From a virus (taxonomy: Duplodnaviria > Caudoviricetes), in the IMG/VR virus record IMGVR_UViG_3300037067_027616, positions 224,001 through 288,000 of that record: a stretch of DNA of 64,000 bases, one strand, 5' to 3'. Position numbers and translations under genes: made by a program. The notes under the pieces were generated by a model. It was not told where the DNA came from. It saw nothing but the letters and a program-made list of their open reading frames with translations, and ran no database searches. Of this stretch, positions 27,714 through 36,857 are shown piece after piece. How positions within the stretch are numbered: position 1 is the stretch's first letter; each line of letters starts with the position of its first letter.

Positions 27714-28636
27714 ATCATTTCATAATTGATGCCATGAATCTTGCTCACAGGGCTCATAACGCCAATTTTGAATTGAAGTCTGCAGATGGCAGGCCCACGG
27801 GCATGTTTTTTGGGTTCCTAAGGGTCTTGGTTTCCTTGAAGCGTAAATACAGGGGCTATAATTTCTGCGTGGCTTGGGACAGCCGATCCGAGAGAAAACT
27901 TGCCATAAAGCCTGATTACAAGTCCGGAAGGACACATTTGCCACCCCAGGTAATAGACGAAATCAAGGATATCAGGTTATTCATAACCTCTTGTGGCATC
28001 GATCAATACGAGTGTCCCGGTCAGGAGGCAGATGATGTTATTGCAACTCTTTCTGAACAATGGGGTTGCCAAGAAGGCCATATACTGTTATATTCTAACG
28101 ACAAAGATCTTCTACAACTTGTCAAAGATGGTAAAGTTTTGATGTACAGTCCCAAGGTTGCCCAGAAACTTGAAAAGTTTTATGATGAGGCTGCCGTGCG
28201 GGAGCGTTTTGGCGTTCCCCCCGAACTCCTTGTGTGCTTTCGCAGCCTCGATGGAGATCCAAGCGATGGACTTGATGGGGTGCCGCGTGTGCGTCGTAAA
28301 ATAATAGCTTCTCTTGTAACGAAGCACCAAGGATTAGATGCCATCTACGCCTCCGTTTCCGATGCTGAACTTACCGACCATGAGCGGTCATCTTTCCAAT
28401 CATTCAAAGAAAAGGCGTTCGAAAATTTGAATCTTATGGCGCTCGACAGGCATGTGGTTGGCATCAAAAAAACACCGGGATCGGTGGACAAGGATGCCAT
28501 GTCCAAAGTTCTTGCAAAGAACGATGTGAAGTCCATCGATCCTGATGCTGTTGGGGATCTTTTTTTGTCATCGTTGTCCGTCAAATATGGCGACCCGGTC
28601 GATGCGGTAAAGGTCGAAACGTATTCGTTGTTCTGA
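27710..28636 (+). CDS. 5'-3' exonuclease / flap endonuclease (PolI N-terminal-like)
   Basis: IIDAMN, YKSGR, EADDVIA, NDKDLLQL, LDGDPSD. Confidence 0.9.
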   Translation: MNHFIIDAMNLAHRAHNANFELKSADGRPTGMFFGFLRVLVSLKRKYRGYNFCVAWDSRSERKLAIKPDYKSGRTHLPPQVIDEIKDIRLFITSCGIDQYECPGQEADDVIATLSEQWGCQEGHILLYSNDKDLLQLVKDGKVLMYSPKVAQKLEKFYDEAAVRERFGVPPELLVCFRSLDGDPSDGLDGVPRVRRKIIASLVTKHQGLDAIYASVSDAELTDHERSSFQSFKEKAFENLNLMALDRHVVGIKKTPGSVDKDAMSKVLAKNDVKSIDPDAVGDLFLSSLSVKYGDPVDAVKVETYSLF

Positions 28637-28661
28637 CGGAAACCCGAGCCAGGAGATCAGC

Positions 28662-29288
28662 GTGTCCTCTAGGAAATATAGAAGCATGGATCCATTTGAG
28701 ATGCAGAATCGGTTCTCGAACGAACACCACAAGTTTTTCAGATTACAGGAAAGCCCTTTCAAACTCGAGGACTACGAGGAGTTCATACGAAGGCTTCCGC
28801 AAAGGGAGCAGGATCTCATCGAGATGTACTGTCGAAACAGAAAGAAACAGAAAGAAATAGCCGCATTTTTTGGAGTGACCCAAGGAGCGGTGAGCCACAG
28901 GCTCACAAGAGCCATACAACGATTGAAGTATTTGAGGGACATGCCAAAGTTGACGCAAGATTTACGCGGCTTGCTAAAAGAACATTTCACCCCGTTCGAT
29001 ATCGATGTCGTTGAAACGATGATCGAAACAACCTGCCAGTCAAAAACGGCCGCCATACTCAACAAGAAGCACCGCTTGCGCGGCGACAAACAGATGACCC
29101 AAGTGAAGGTACGTCACCGTTTTGAGAGGGCTGTGGCCAAGCTCGAACAGCTTATGTCTGACTATCCGGATTTGGATATTGTGCATAAGCTCGCCACCTA
29201 CGTAAAGAACAACCTCTATATGATGCACGAGGTTATATTGCCACACTTCAACCGTGGCAAGCGTGTGAGATACAGCGAAGTGCTGTGA
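28662..29288 (+). CDS. Sigma-70 region 4-like HTH protein
   Basis: LPQREQDLI...QKEIAAFFGVTQGAVSHRLTRA plus a second degenerate HTH. Confidence 0.7.
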   Translation: MSSRKYRSMDPFEMQNRFSNEHHKFFRLQESPFKLEDYEEFIRRLPQREQDLIEMYCRNRKKQKEIAAFFGVTQGAVSHRLTRAIQRLKYLRDMPKLTQDLRGLLKEHFTPFDIDVVETMIETTCQSKTAAILNKKHRLRGDKQMTQVKVRHRFERAVAKLEQLMSDYPDLDIVHKLATYVKNNLYMMHEVILPHFNRGKRVRYSEVL

Positions 29289-29291
29289 TAG

Positions 29292-29359
29292 TCCCGATCG
29301 GGTATATTTTTGAATAATTTTCATTGAAATGAATCTTTTGTTCCCGATCGGGTATATTT
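29292..29359. promoter_or_regulatory. Duplicated palindrome CCCGATCGGG followed by TATATTT
   Basis: TCCCGATCGGGTATATTT at 29292-29309 and 29342-29359. Confidence 0.6.
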
Positions 29360-29373
29360 GAAAGGAATTTATC

Positions 29374-29823
29374 GTGAAGATAATTTGGACAAAGCCAAAT
29401 TTGAGTTCTGAACTTGGTGAGTATACCGAGAATGACTTCACCCAGGAGTATCTTGCTAAAAAAGGTTTTTCCTTCAGTTCCAATGAGGACTTGTTTGATT
29501 TTCTTCGTGGTGGTACTATGAAATCCATGTACGGATTTGATTTGAGTACCATCGTAAATTTTACATCTTCTGAAAAAGATTCTGAAGAAGAATTGAAGGA
29601 TCCCGAATACAGGAAGTCCTTCGAATCCATGGAGTCTGAATTGATGGAAAAAGGTGAGATAACGTTGCCTGCTCCGATAGTTTTGAATTTTTCTGGGGCA
29701 TTGTATTTGTTCTCCGGTAACAGAAGGGCGATTCTCGCCGTGAAACACGGTCTGCCCTTGTCCGTGTGGATGGTAAATGCCCCAGAAAAGACCTCACCGT
29801 TAGATTCTTTTTTGAAGGGATAG
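29374..29823 (+). CDS. ParB/Srx N-terminal-like protein
   Basis: APIVL...LFSGNRRAILA resembles PI.V...DG.HR. Confidence 0.5.
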   Translation: MKIIWTKPNLSSELGEYTENDFTQEYLAKKGFSFSSNEDLFDFLRGGTMKSMYGFDLSTIVNFTSSEKDSEEELKDPEYRKSFESMESELMEKGEITLPAPIVLNFSGALYLFSGNRRAILAVKHGLPLSVWMVNAPEKTSPLDSFLKG

Positions 29824-29826
29824 AAA

Positions 29827-30117
29827 ATGGAGGACCTTTTTTTGCAAATAACATACGACATCAAGAACGATAAATTTTCTCACGTGACAAACATCAAGGA
29901 AGACATGCTCGATGACATTGTTGGGGAGTTTTTGAGGTCAGAAATGGGCCTTGGAAAAGACACCGCTCCCGCAAATGAACAAGACATATACAAAATAAGA
30001 ATCAATTGTGATCTGTCAGACGACACCTTCTACGTTAAATCGGATACAGGAAACAAGGGACTCACCACCGGTATAGTCATGCATTTCCTAAATAGCCGAA
30101 AAAAACAATCCCCGTGA
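29827..30117 (+). CDS. Hypothetical protein
   Basis: 96-aa ORF following directly. Confidence 0.6.
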   Translation: MEDLFLQITYDIKNDKFSHVTNIKEDMLDDIVGEFLRSEMGLGKDTAPANEQDIYKIRINCDLSDDTFYVKSDTGNKGLTTGIVMHFLNSRKKQSP

Positions 30118-30213
30118 TGTAACATATTGTTGCTACTTTTGGTTACACGAATCCCCCAGGGTCACTCAAGCATACCCGCCATGTCGTAACACCGCTCGTT
30201 TCAGGGCCTTCTG

Positions 30214-30228
30214 TAATACTTCGTTTAT
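30214..30228 (+). promoter_or_regulatory. Candidate late promoter TAATA-N5-TTWAT
   Basis: TAATACTTCGTTTAT upstream of the morphogenesis operon; same pattern at 49721, 54358, 57314. Confidence 0.45.
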
Positions 30229-30285
30229 ACTAATTCCTCGACAAATTAGGATTGCGTACAATCACGTTCGTTTATCGGAGTCCCG

Positions 30286-30711
30286 ATGCGCGCACGCATT
30301 TCAGACATGGTTCGCCGGATAGCGGGGTCGGTTGACAAAACGTCCTACGCCGAGCAGAGCGAATCGCCGTACCAGAACGTGAACATATATCAGCTTCAGA
30401 CCGATCCTTCGGATCCAAGTCCGGACATCGGACTCGGGCCGCCAAGTGTTTACAACGACCCATGTGACAAGGACGACCGCTTCAAACATAAGGATGACGT
30501 CCGCAGACAGGGTGAGAGGCCACAACCGAGCGATAGGCTTGATTATAGGCTTACGCCAACGATGGTGACTGTGCAGGAAGACCCAAAGACGGATGAACAA
30601 GGAAAGCCTTCCGACAATGTTTCAGCACGAGGTATGGGAGAGGCGGCTTGGGAGGAACTTAACCGGGAAACTTGGAGAAGTGAAGGTCCCGGGGGGCAGA
30701 TGGTGCAATGA
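30286..30711 (+). CDS. Hypothetical protein (possible virion)
   Basis: GGAG RBS; first gene of late block. Confidence 0.6.
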   Translation: MRARISDMVRRIAGSVDKTSYAEQSESPYQNVNIYQLQTDPSDPSPDIGLGPPSVYNDPCDKDDRFKHKDDVRRQGERPQPSDRLDYRLTPTMVTVQEDPKTDEQGKPSDNVSARGMGEAAWEELNRETWRSEGPGGQMVQ

Positions 30712-31370
30712 AGATGATAGACGGCAGGCCTTTCGAATGCAACACGTGCGGAGCCTGTTGCAGATGGCAAGGCAGGGTTTATTTGACACCACAGGATGCT
30801 GTGAAACTTGCCGAACATTTGAGTAATACGGTAAATGAGTTTTTAAGTAAATATACCGAGCCTTATGGCTCATCTAGGGTTTTGAAGAACAAGGAGGATT
30901 CCGAGGATTGTGTGTTCATGGATGGAGACCACTGCGGGGTATATGGAAATCACCCGCAACAATGTGATGAGTGGCCAAAGTCTTATGACAGCAGATGCCC
31001 GGGGTTCAAAAACAACGTCGGAGAAACACATATGGACTACAAAGAAGCTGTTGAAAGGGTGAACAAGAGGTTCTCCGCTTTGCGCGAGTGGGATCAAGCG
31101 GTCAGCGACCAATTGTACAAGGACCTCATGGCTGGGGCGAGTGGGATGAAGGTTGCCTCGAAGGCTATTGCCGATGGTGTCGACCCGTATGCGAATGCAA
31201 ACACCGTGAAGGTGGCTAATATCGATGATTTGTTTGCGTTCCACAGGGCAAGCGACAGCCACCTCATCCACAAGGCAACAAGGGATCTCTGGTCGATAGA
31301 GTCCGATGACGATGGGGGAATCCGGATCACAAGGCTGTTCGATAATGACGGCGAACCTATAAAGGGGTGA
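30708..31370 (+). CDS. YkgJ-family cysteine cluster domain fused to an unknown C-terminal domain
   Basis: FECNTCGACC, CVFM, CGVY...PQQC..WP. Confidence 0.75.
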   Translation: MKMIDGRPFECNTCGACCRWQGRVYLTPQDAVKLAEHLSNTVNEFLSKYTEPYGSSRVLKNKEDSEDCVFMDGDHCGVYGNHPQQCDEWPKSYDSRCPGFKNNVGETHMDYKEAVERVNKRFSALREWDQAVSDQLYKDLMAGASGMKVASKAIADGVDPYANANTVKVANIDDLFAFHRASDSHLIHKATRDLWSIESDDDGGIRITRLFDNDGEPIKG

Positions 31371-31374
31371 TTAT

Positions 31375-32076
31375 ATGTCCAGGACACGTATCACAAACCG
31401 TCTCGGTATAATAAAGACGGCCGCAGCTTCAAAACCGGGTGCTAAACCGAAAGAGGCCCCAACGAGGAACCTTTCAGGGTTTGATTACGAACCCTCCAAG
31501 GCAAAACACCTCAAGAGGAGCCTCCACAACATGAATGTGGCGCTTGGCACACTGCTTGCCGCCATGAAGGACTTGTCCCTGCTCCGTGGGTCTGAAGTCA
31601 CCCCTGATGGGATGCTCGGCGGACGCGGATTCGTGATGCCCTTCAAGGAACTCAAGGGCAAGCTCAATGAGGCCATCGGGTATCTTTCTGACATAACGGA
31701 TACCATCGCCGATGAACTCACAAATCCGAAGTGGAAGCTCAGTCGCAAGGAAGTCGGTGAGGTCCATAAGGAGAAGAAGGAGATCGAGGAGACCGTGGAC
31801 GATGCTGAAGATACCATCGAGACCCTCGAGGCCGCGAAGGCCAAGAAGAACAAGCCTTCTGATGAAAACGAGGAAAAGGAAATCAAAAAAAGACTCGAGC
31901 AGCAACAGGAAGAAACGCCTGCCGAGATCAAGGAAATAGATCCAAAAGACGTGGTGGACTCGGCAGAGGCCATCGCGATGAAGAGATACAAGGATTTGCT
32001 CGACGGAAATGGCGCCGACAAAGTGGCCAGCGTGCTGAGCAAGACAATCATGGCGAACCTGGTGAAGGGAGAATAA
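31375..32076 (+). CDS. Hypothetical protein (possible virion)
   Basis: Operonic ORF with KTAA/KVAS motifs. Confidence 0.6.
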   Translation: MSRTRITNRLGIIKTAAASKPGAKPKEAPTRNLSGFDYEPSKAKHLKRSLHNMNVALGTLLAAMKDLSLLRGSEVTPDGMLGGRGFVMPFKELKGKLNEAIGYLSDITDTIADELTNPKWKLSRKEVGEVHKEKKEIEETVDDAEDTIETLEAAKAKKNKPSDENEEKEIKKRLEQQQEETPAEIKEIDPKDVVDSAEAIAMKRYKDLLDGNGADKVASVLSKTIMANLVKGE

Positions 32077-32079
32077 CCA

Positions 32080-34065
32080 ATGGCTATGCAGGATCTCGAC
32101 AAGGTGCTCGGCAATGGGTACGAGGCAAAAGTGCCCGATCTCGACTGGGCGAGTATGGACGTGGCAAGCTACGACAACATCCCGACCGAAAACAAGGTTG
32201 AAACTATCCCGCAGCTCGTGGAGCAGTGGTCAAACAGACCTGAAAGGGGTACCAGACTTGTGGGTTTGGTCGAGGCCCCAATCAAGAAGTCCGCTTCCGA
32301 GGTGTCAAAGGAATCAATCGATGAGGTCGTCACTTGCGCAAAGAAGGAGATGATGAAGGGTCTCCGCGGCAAGGAATTAGCCGAGAAATTGGCATCGATA
32401 TTTCCCCCGTGGACTATCAAGGCGGCCAAGGATTCATTGAAGTCCGTGGCTGACGAACAGGGTTTGCTTGGAAGCGTGTATGTCGACCTTTCCGTGTTTG
32501 ACAGTTGCCGCGAGGCCTCTGAATTTCTTGGTGCAAACCGTATCCGCCTGGCTGATTATGTCGTTGGGAACCCGCGCAAACACGTGTGTTCAAGCCACCA
32601 CGATGGGTATTGCAAAGAATTGAAGAAAACGGCCGTGTCGGAAGTCCCGTACGGACCCGAAATGTACGACAAGTACACCAAGCACCTCCGCGTGGCCGGC
32701 ATCCTGTCGTCTTCGGAGTGCGTGACGGACAAAGAAACTTTGCGCGGCGCCCTTCTGAAGACCCCCGAAACTCGTCACCAGACTTCAATAGAAGTTCCCG
32801 CGAAGGATAAGTCTGCGAAACTCAAGGGTACAGAAACGCTTGAACAAGCCCTCGAGAAGGCGGCATCAGATCGTGAGGCTTCTTCATCTAAGTACGCAAC
32901 CTCGAGGCCGATTATGGCTTATATGCAGGATCAGATGCTTCGGGGCATCATCGGTGATGAACTGAAGAAGTCTGTTGGCTCGCGGTTCTCTATGGACGTG
33001 GTGAGGTCATTCTCTGGGGACATGCGCCGTCTGGCATCCCTGCAGGGACTTGTAGGCAACGTGTACGTCGATGTTGGCTACTACAAAAACGCCGAGGATG
33101 CTGTCCAAGCTATCTCTTCAGCGAAGACAAGGCCCTCATACATCGTCAACACAAGCCCTGAGGCAGAATATGACGGAAGGATCGCAGCCGTGGCGAAAGC
33201 TACCGGATGCGCCCCGCTGCCTCCGGATGGTGCGATAGACAACAAGGTGGCCCAGGGGTATATCGATGATCTTCGTTTCTCGGGCAGGCTGTCGTCAGAG
33301 AAGGCGGACAGTTACTCGAAGCTTCTGGTTGCTGGAAGAAAGCCGCTCGCGGTTTTGCGCGAAGCTTTCTTGTGCACCGAAAGAACCGACAAGTCCTTGA
33401 AGTCTGCGGCGCAGATGGGCACGTGGTACGGTGGAAAGTCAACAAACAAGGTCGAGAACCGTACGGCTGTGACCGAAGCGGCTAAAAAGGCTCTTGATAG
33501 TGGCGTGTCAACCGACAGGGTACAGGCCAAATTGGCGAGCATCGTACCAACGGCTGAAGCCACAGGCATGGTGCATAAGCTTTTGTCCAACATGACTGAA
33601 GTGGGTGCTTCTTGTCTTCCTCATTGTTCCTCGGAAACGTATCTGTTGGCAAAAGGTGCGACCATCAAGATGGCATCCAAGTGCAAAAATTGTGTGAACA
33701 GCACCGGATCGGCTTGTTTGAAGCAGGGGGCCAAGTTCGCAGGCGCCATTGACTACGACAAGGCTTTTATCGACATGACGATGCTTACGGCCGCTGAGAA
33801 GGACAAGAAGGAAGATAAGAAGTCAGATAAGGGCGGAGACAAGGCCACGAAGTATGACCCGAAGGACGGCGTGGAGCCTGTCGTGCAGAAAGTCCTTCCG
33901 AAGGAAAATCCGGACGTCGAACGGTCCGACATGAAGCAACCGTACGACATGACGGATGAATTCGGGAGCGGCAGCAACAAAGCCATGGACAAGCTTCGCG
34001 AGATGGACGAGAAGGAACCTGTGGGATCCAAAGATAAGGGCAAGGATAAGAAGAAGGACAAGTAA
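32080..34065 (+). CDS. Large protein with internal duplication
   Basis: Repeated QGLLGSVYVD / QGLVGNVYVD module; Cys clusters. Confidence 0.65.
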   Translation: MAMQDLDKVLGNGYEAKVPDLDWASMDVASYDNIPTENKVETIPQLVEQWSNRPERGTRLVGLVEAPIKKSASEVSKESIDEVVTCAKKEMMKGLRGKELAEKLASIFPPWTIKAAKDSLKSVADEQGLLGSVYVDLSVFDSCREASEFLGANRIRLADYVVGNPRKHVCSSHHDGYCKELKKTAVSEVPYGPEMYDKYTKHLRVAGILSSSECVTDKETLRGALLKTPETRHQTSIEVPAKDKSAKLKGTETLEQALEKAASDREASSSKYATSRPIMAYMQDQMLRGIIGDELKKSVGSRFSMDVVRSFSGDMRRLASLQGLVGNVYVDVGYYKNAEDAVQAISSAKTRPSYIVNTSPEAEYDGRIAAVAKATGCAPLPPDGAIDNKVAQGYIDDLRFSGRLSSEKADSYSKLLVAGRKPLAVLREAFLCTERTDKSLKSAAQMGTWYGGKSTNKVENRTAVTEAAKKALDSGVSTDRVQAKLASIVPTAEATGMVHKLLSNMTEVGASCLPHCSSETYLLAKGATIKMASKCKNCVNSTGSACLKQGAKFAGAIDYDKAFIDMTMLTAAEKDKKEDKKSDKGGDKATKYDPKDGVEPVVQKVLPKENPDVERSDMKQPYDMTDEFGSGSNKAMDKLREMDEKEPVGSKDKGKDKKKDK

Positions 34066-34093
34066 CCGCCCTCACATAGACATGGAGACATAG

Positions 34094-34828
34094 ATGAGCG
34101 ATGAAGTTGATGAGGTTCTTGACCAATATGGTGTGAAGGGCCTTGACCCGAGTATGTTGGAAGGCGCCTTAAAATGCCCGCCGTCCGTTGACGATGCAGT
34201 GTCTGTGTCTGATACAAGGGCATCGCAGGCTGCTTTCAGGGATGTGGTGGCCAAGAAAATAAAGGAAGCATCGGATCCAACGGAAGAGTCACCGAATGTA
34301 ATACCGGAGCCTGAAGCTGTGACAAGTCTTCCGGAACTTGCAGCGAAGGTGGGCATCAGCATTCCGGAGGCGTCTGATATACGCAAAGCGGTAACAAACC
34401 CTGCGGCAAATGACAAACTTGTTGAGTCTATACGCAGGGATGATTCAACGCTTACGATACTTAATACGGTCATGGAGGAGATAGCCGAGGAGGCGGCCTT
34501 CATAAAAGCTTGGCGTAATCAGAATTGGGACGGAGAGAAGGACATTTCCGAGGCTACGCTTTCAAGGATTAAGATGCTCAGTGAGTTGGTAAAGTCCATC
34601 TCCGAGCGGGAAAAACTGAAACGGGAGAAGGCTGTTGGCAAGGTGGATTTCCACAGCGAAAATTTCCAAAGCGTGTTGAAATACTTCATGTCGATCATAG
34701 TAGGTACATTCAAGAAGGTGCAAATACCACAGCAGTTCGAGGACATTTTCATCACGCAACTTGCTAAAGACTTCGATGGTTTCGAGAAGAAGGCGGAGAA
34801 AATCTATTACGGTAAATCCACAAAGTAG
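34094..34828 (+). CDS. Hypothetical, candidate terminase small subunit
   Basis: Helical protein directly upstream of TerL; positional evidence only. Confidence 0.4.
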   Translation: MSDEVDEVLDQYGVKGLDPSMLEGALKCPPSVDDAVSVSDTRASQAAFRDVVAKKIKEASDPTEESPNVIPEPEAVTSLPELAAKVGISIPEASDIRKAVTNPAANDKLVESIRRDDSTLTILNTVMEEIAEEAAFIKAWRNQNWDGEKDISEATLSRIKMLSELVKSISEREKLKREKAVGKVDFHSENFQSVLKYFMSIIVGTFKKVQIPQQFEDIFITQLAKDFDGFEKKAEKIYYGKSTK

Positions 34829-34883
34829 ATCGTTGAAAATTGAAGACATCGACCACACAGATTATGGGAAAAAGTGACAAAGC

Positions 34884-36845
34884 ATGAGCCTTTCAGAGAT
34901 TTGCGCCAACTTCATAACGAAGAAGGACTCGGATCACGACAAACTCCTGGACAAAAACATCCTCGAGTTTGTCACCGCTCCGTGGGGCCTTGGGCTCGGT
35001 TGTGGTGAAGTGCCTCCGCTGTATCCCGCACAACGTTTCATCCTGAAGGCATATTACGGTTTGGAGCTCGATGGTAGTTCCAACCGTGACATTATTATCA
35101 ATGATAAATTCAACGAAAAAGAGTTGTATCGCTTCAATGAGGTGGAATACGCTCATTACCTCTACGGCGAGGGACGGATAAACAGGGCGGTGATAGACAA
35201 AGCCTACCCAAACGTGGCCATGGTTGTTGGTCGTCGGGCGGGCAAAACTACGCTTACTGCTTGCATCATCGGCTACGAAACATATCGTCTGCTCAACAAA
35301 TACTGCCCACAAGAGTACTATGGCATCATGCCGGAGGACGAGATTTCATTCACATGCGTGGCTACATCGAGGGACACGGCGAGTTACCTTTTCAACAAGG
35401 TCGTCGGACACCTCGAGCGTTCAGAGTTTTTCCGGAAGTACAGGACAAAGTCGACCAAGCAGTGGATAAATCTTCGCACGCAAAGGGATATCGACCGATA
35501 CGGGGCGCATGGACGTGCTTCGATATCCGTGCGTGTGGCGGCATGTAGCGCCAAGGGACTCCGTGGATCCAACAATATGATCGTAGGTTTGGATGAAATG
35601 GCGTTCTTCTTCATAGACGAGGCAACAGGTATGAAGAAGGCCGGCGCCGAAGGTGACCATGATGACGGGGCTGTTTATACGGCTGTTACTCCTTCGGTTG
35701 CCAAATTCAAGAGTCCCGTGGGTGACAAACCTGAAGGTAAAATCATATGCATCTCGTCCCCGGGGTCGAAGTCTGGCAAGTTTTTTGAGGAGTACGAACG
35801 TGGTTTCGAGCAGGGGTGTGACGACTTGCTGGTCGTCCAAGCACCCACATGGGAAATAGATCCGAGCATGTCGAGCACGTACCTCCGCAGTAAATATAAA
35901 GAGAACTCGATTTCGTTCCGAAGCGAGTTCGGGGCGGAGTTCTCGGATCGTATGTTCGGTTGGATAGAAGATCCGCAGGTTTTGCGGCAGTGCGTGGTGC
36001 CGGAACTCAAATACAAACAGAGTAGCATGCTCCGCGTGCCACATTTCATGGGCATCGACCTTGGCATGAAGAACGATGGAACCGCCATAGGTGTGTGCCA
36101 TTGGGTGAAGGAAGTTGTGAACGGTGTTCCTGTCGACCGTATCGAGTTGGATGCAGTCGATGTCCGCTATCTGAAACTTGAGATAGACCAACCCAATGAA
36201 TCCTTGGAGCCAATAGTAGACTCCAACGGTACGGGTGAGGAGAGGACGAGGTTGCCTTATTTCGACCCGCAGGAGATAGTCGATTGGATCGAGGAGTTCA
36301 CGAAGCGTTTCATGATAGTGAAGGGCCTCATGGACCAATACCTCGGTATGGCTATCATGCCCCTTCTCATGAAGAAGAGCCTCAAGCAGTTCGAGTTCAG
36401 AAACTTCGGGGAGAGTTTGAATTCCTATGTGTATCAGAACCTTCTTAGTTTGTTCATAGGCAGTGAGGTGCGGCTCCCCGAAGGAGATGCCGTGACCATA
36501 AACGGCAGGATAGAGAAGGACAGCGAACTTATTCGTGAATTACTTACCCTCCAGGCGGAGCAGAAATCAAAGTACATGGTGAGGGTCGACCACCCCGACC
36601 GTGAGGGAATGCACAACGATATGAGTGACGCCTTCGCGCGCGCATGCCTGTTGGCGGTCGAGTATCGCAACAAGGGTTTTGGGTCACTCACCTCCCCGGC
36701 GCTGTCGGCCTCGGAGAGATCAAATATGGGTACCTTGAGGATGTCGAGACACTCTGAAATAATTAAGGCAAGCCTGAACCGTCCTTCCGGTGCGTATATG
36801 GGAAAGATGCAGTCCAGGAGTATGCGTACGTCCCTGTTCAGATAA
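34884..36845 (+). CDS. terL: Terminase large subunit
   Basis: Walker A GRRAGKT, Walker B GLDEMAF, ISSP, EFGAEF, nuclease GIDLG and HNDMSDA. Confidence 0.9.
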   Translation: MSLSEICANFITKKDSDHDKLLDKNILEFVTAPWGLGLGCGEVPPLYPAQRFILKAYYGLELDGSSNRDIIINDKFNEKELYRFNEVEYAHYLYGEGRINRAVIDKAYPNVAMVVGRRAGKTTLTACIIGYETYRLLNKYCPQEYYGIMPEDEISFTCVATSRDTASYLFNKVVGHLERSEFFRKYRTKSTKQWINLRTQRDIDRYGAHGRASISVRVAACSAKGLRGSNNMIVGLDEMAFFFIDEATGMKKAGAEGDHDDGAVYTAVTPSVAKFKSPVGDKPEGKIICISSPGSKSGKFFEEYERGFEQGCDDLLVVQAPTWEIDPSMSSTYLRSKYKENSISFRSEFGAEFSDRMFGWIEDPQVLRQCVVPELKYKQSSMLRVPHFMGIDLGMKNDGTAIGVCHWVKEVVNGVPVDRIELDAVDVRYLKLEIDQPNESLEPIVDSNGTGEERTRLPYFDPQEIVDWIEEFTKRFMIVKGLMDQYLGMAIMPLLMKKSLKQFEFRNFGESLNSYVYQNLLSLFIGSEVRLPEGDAVTINGRIEKDSELIRELLTLQAEQKSKYMVRVDHPDREGMHNDMSDAFARACLLAVEYRNKGFGSLTSPALSASERSNMGTLRMSRHSEIIKASLNRPSGAYMGKMQSRSMRTSLFR

Positions 36846-36857
36846 TGGAGACGACTG

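Noticed and set aside
4212-28636. Bacterial chromosome origin for the dnaN/recA/dnaX/hol genes
   Set aside because: Highly divergent, clustered unlike bacteria and contiguous with terminase, portal and capsid genes
30114-30170. tRNA-like CGAATCCCCCAGGGTCA
   Set aside because: No TTC T-loop, D arm or anticodon arm can be built
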